The notes beneath the pieces were generated by a model that searched no databases, was not told the origin of the DNA, and was given only the letters and a program-made list of their open reading frames with translations. From positions 1 through 57,668 of the forward strand of contig CAYMOU010000001.1 of the NCBI GenBank assembly GCA_964392115.1: a DNA stretch of 57,668 bases. The letters are read 5' to 3'. Position numbers and translations under genes: made by a program. Origin of the DNA: an uncultured Defluviitaleaceae bacterium (lineage in GTDB: Bacteria; Bacillota; Clostridia; Lachnospirales; WRBF01). Every line of letters starts with the position of its first letter. Position 1 is the first letter of the stretch. Shown here in pieces: positions 55,989 to 57,668 of this stretch.

Positions 55989-57491
55989 ATGAACGAAAAC
56001 GAACCTCAAATTACCGAGGAGCTCCTTCAGGAGCAATATAATGAACAAATACGCTTTCGCCGTGAAAAATTGGCTCAACTGCAAGCAGAGGGCAAGGACC
56101 CTTTTAAACAAGTTAAATATCCGGTTAATTCAAATTCGGCAACAATTCACGAAGACTTTGAAAAATTGGAGAATAACGAAGTTTGTATTGCAGGACGTAT
56201 GATGACCAAGAGAGTAATGGGCAAGGCGTCTTTTTGTGATGTCCGTGACAGAGAAGGCAAAATTCAAATATACGTCAGAAAAAACGAACTGGGCGAAGAA
56301 AGCTACAACGAGTTTAAAAAGATGGATATAGGCGATATAGTCGGTGTTAAGGGCATAGTATTCAGAACCCAACACGGCGAAGTATCCGTCAGAGCAACTG
56401 AACTGGTTTTACTTTCAAAAAGCCTTCAAGTTCTCCCGGAAAAATGGCACGGATTGAAAGACCAAGAATTGCGTTATCGCCAACGTTACCTTGACTTAAT
56501 CGTAAACCCGGACGTAAAAGACACCTTCTTAAAACGCTCCGCCATAATCAAAGCCATCAGACGCTTCTTGGACGACAGAGGCTATATAGAAGTGGAAACC
56601 CCGGTATTGCAAACCGTTGCCGGAGGTGCGGCTGCACGTCCTTTTATAACTCACCACAACGCCTTGGATATGGAAATGTATCTACGAATAGCCTTGGAGT
56701 TGCCCTTAAAACGCCTTATAGTTGGCGGTTTGGAGAAGGTTTATGAATTGGGACGTATCTTCCGTAACGAAGGTTTGAGTATTAAGCACAATCCTGAATT
56801 TACCATGATAGAACTGTACGAAGCCTACACAGATTATCACGGTATGATGGAACTTATCGAAACCATGATGAGAACCGTAGTTGATCAAGTTTTAGGCGAC
56901 CAACAAGTAGTTTACGGTGAACATACCATAGATTTCAGCAAACCCTTTGAAAGATTAACCATGATAGATGCTGTTAAAAAATATGCCGATGTTGACTTCA
57001 CACAAGTAGCAACTCTTGAAGATGCTCAAAAAATTGCGAAACAACATCACGTAGATTTTGAAAAACATCATGGTAAGGGCGATATACTCAATCTTTTCTT
57101 CGAGAAATACGCCGAAGATAAGTTAATTCAACCCACCTTCATTATGGACCACCCGGTTGAAATTTCTCCGCTTACCAAGAGAAAACCGGAAAACCCCGAT
57201 TACACCGAACGTTTCGAATTGTTTATCGTAGGCCGTGAATTTGCAAATGCTTATTCCGAACTTAATGACCCCATAGACCAACGCAAACGCTTTGAGCATC
57301 AAGAACAATTGCGCAACATGGGTGACCAAGAAGCCAACCTTATAGACGAGGACTTTATGCTTGCCTTGGAATACGGTATGCCTCCTACCGGTGGTTTAGG
57401 TCTTGGAGTTGACAGGTTTGTTATGTTGTTAACAAACTCTTACTCCATTCGTGACGTATTGTTGTTCCCCACTATGAAACCCCAACAATAA
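55989..57491 (+). CDS. lysS: lysyl-tRNA synthetase, class II
   Basis: OB-fold N-domain and class II motifs ([30 protein letters not shown]). GAGAGG 8 nt before ATG 55989; the ORF track starts at 55956. Confidence 0.93.
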   Translation: MNENEPQITEELLQEQYNEQIRFRREKLAQLQAEGKDPFKQVKYPVNSNSATIHEDFEKLENNEVCIAGRMMTKRVMGKASFCDVRDREGKIQIYVRKNELGEESYNEFKKMDIGDIVGVKGIVFRTQHGEVSVRATELVLLSKSLQVLPEKWHGLKDQELRYRQRYLDLIVNPDVKDTFLKRSAIIKAIRRFLDDRGYIEVETPVLQTVAGGAAARPFITHHNALDMEMYLRIALELPLKRLIVGGLEKVYELGRIFRNEGLSIKHNPEFTMIELYEAYTDYHGMMELIETMMRTVVDQVLGDQQVVYGEHTIDFSKPFERLTMIDAVKKYADVDFTQVATLEDAQKIAKQHHVDFEKHHGKGDILNLFFEKYAEDKLIQPTFIMDHPVEISPLTKRKPENPDYTERFELFIVGREFANAYSELNDPIDQRKRFEHQEQLRNMGDQEANLIDEDFMLALEYGMPPTGGLGLGVDRFVMLLTNSYSIRDVLLFPTMKPQQ

Positions 57492-57622
57492 TCCGACATA
57501 CTTGAATAATTACGGTTGATTTATGTCATTCTAAAATTACAGACGTGTTTACCGGTTGTTTTTGAAGCATAGTATATATTTAGACCTGTCAGTAAATAAT
57601 CTCGGTCTGAAAAGGAGATATT

Positions 57623-57668
57623 ATGAGCGAACCTATTTTGGTGGTAATGGCTGCGGGTATGGGCAGTC
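57623..57668 (+). CDS. 5' end of a nucleotidyltransferase-like gene (truncated by the window edge)
   Basis: AAAGGAGA SD. MSEPILVVMAAGMGS resembles the N-terminal (L/V)xAAGxGxR loop of sugar-phosphate nucleotidyltransferases. Only 15 codons are visible. Confidence 0.4.
   Translation, partial: MSEPILVVMAAGMGS

Overview
The window looks like a chromosomal segment of a low-GC, spore-forming, anaerobic Firmicute (Clostridia-like), based on spo0A, dpaAB, hydG/hydF and lipobox lipoproteins. It holds about 50 protein genes and no rRNA, tRNA or CRISPR. Left to right: a DUF368 membrane protein; a Pro/Gly-rich protein; fabZ-accC-accD-accA with no accB; dpaA split in two; dpaB; a GNAT; a [FeFe]-hydrogenase maturation operon (TM1266-like regulator, hydG, hydF); a YesMN-type two-component system with an orphan binding protein; a large secreted multidomain protein; htrA; fba; lspA; a fused radical-SAM protein; a Tyr phosphatase; hpf; rdgB; yfcE-like; yajC; a small transporter-like membrane protein; a Cof phosphatase; an SH3b-NlpC/P60 hydrolase; spo0A; a CPA2 antiporter; a DUF45 peptidase; an HD protein; an 8-gene Che-like operon; ilvB-ilvC; lysS. 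The main finding is that dpaA (spoVFA) is interrupted by a ~5.0-kb skin-like intervening element at ~6519-11515. The element carries a complete polar amino-acid ABC transporter operon and a large serine recombinase. Joining the two junctions at a shared ACTGC core restores an intact, SpoVFA-like reading frame. Other points of interest: a chemosensory operon ending in a REC-HD-GYP c-di-GMP phosphodiesterase; a tandemly duplicated terminator/antiterminator leader ahead of the hydrogenase maturase operon; two dispersed intergenic palindromic repeat families, one showing compensatory stem changes; a ~235-nt candidate structured RNA with its own promoter and terminator; and an inverted-repeat-flanked promoter upstream of hpf. 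All calls rest on reading the sequence and the ORF translations. No database searches were run.
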